DNA of 24,992 nucleotides from an uncultured virus (IMG/VR IMGVR_UViG_3300007177_000029) (taxonomy: Duplodnaviria > Heunggongvirae > Uroviricota > Caudoviricetes > Crassvirales), in the IMG/VR virus record IMGVR_UViG_3300007177_000029; one strand, written 5' to 3'. How positions within the stretch are numbered: position 1 is the stretch's first letter; every line of letters begins with the position of its first letter. Below are positions 24,413 to 24,992 of this stretch, in pieces. The position numbers and the translations under genes are program-made. The notes beneath the pieces are model-generated. The model worked only from the letters and a program-made list of their open reading frames with translations. It ran no database searches and had not been told where the DNA came from.

Positions 24413-24910
24413 TTAAAATGTATCTTCAGCGATATTTTCTGATTGTACACTATTAGCATTAGCTAACACATCTGAAGCATCAGAAGATGCAATTTGAGTT
24501 TGAACAAATAATGGCATACCATTTTTCATTAAAACGTTACCATTTTTATCCAAAGATGGTTCTTGAGTTTCCCATTGAGGAGTAAAGCTTTCAATTAAGA
24601 TAATCTTAGCTTTAACTCCAAATAATGATTCAATCAATGCTTTTGTGTCAGCTTCTGATAATTGAGTTTCAAACATATCAGGAGTTAAACCTGTAGCTTC
24701 AGGGTCAATGTTTAAAATAGCTTTTCTTGTGCTATTATTACCACCTTTTAAGTTAGTAGCACTAACTAAGATGTAAAACTTACCATTTTCTTTAACACCA
24801 ACAAATGCTCCTGCATTTGCTCCTGTTAAAAATTGTTCATGTTTCCATGAGGTTGATGCTACTTTACTTTTAAGTTGAGCAATCTTTTGGGTGAATGTTA
24901 ATTCTGCCAT
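24413..24910 (-). CDS. hypothetical protein, possible ssDNA-binding protein
   Basis: 165 aa, beta-rich, acidic tail ending AEDTF, stand-alone with its own terminator. SSB function is inference. Confidence 0.5.
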   Translation of the reverse strand: MAELTFTQKIAQLKSKVASTSWKHEQFLTGANAGAFVGVKENGKFYILVSATNLKGGNNSTRKAILNIDPEATGLTPDMFETQLSEADTKALIESLFGVKAKIILIESFTPQWETQEPSLDKNGNVLMKNGMPLFVQTQIASSDASDVLANANSVQSENIAEDTF

Positions 24911-24992
24911 AATAAATAGTCTTTCAGATTAAAGTGCTAACGGACTAGAGCACTAAAGGTTAAATTAAAAAAAAGAATAAAAAGAAAAAAAA

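Noticed and set aside
1..24992. Stop-codon reassignment as in some crAss-like phages
   Set aside because: Long genes are intact in the standard code; TAG and TGA terminate ORFs at sensible boundaries; no suppressor tRNA seen

Overview
Very AT-rich segment of a crAss-like (Crassvirales-type) phage genome, probably infecting a Bacteroidota/Flavobacteriia host (a TAnnTTTG promoter, A-rich starts without Shine-Dalgarno sites). All credible genes are on the minus strand and read in the standard code. In transcription order (right to left): a putative SSB-like gene with a 5' pseudoknot; an AT-rich non-coding gap with three CGTGATATTTT repeats; small early genes; a ~1.8 kb densely base-paired non-coding locus (about 20960-22740) interrupted by a free-standing HNH endonuclease and containing an unusual 131-nt tRNA-like RNA; many small accessory ORFs (DnaA-domain-IV-like HTH, dNMP kinase, MazG-like); the replication block (PolA, SF2 helicase, DnaB-like helicase, Sak4-like ATPase, SSB-like, primase, RusA-like resolvase); and a four-gene ubiquitin-like conjugation cassette (Ubl, E2-like, JAB/MPN protease, E1/ThiF, the last truncated at the window edge). 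The two strongest leads are the phage Ubl-E2-JAB-E1 cassette and the structured RNA / tRNA-mimic / HNH locus. All calls come from reading motifs by eye; no searches were run.
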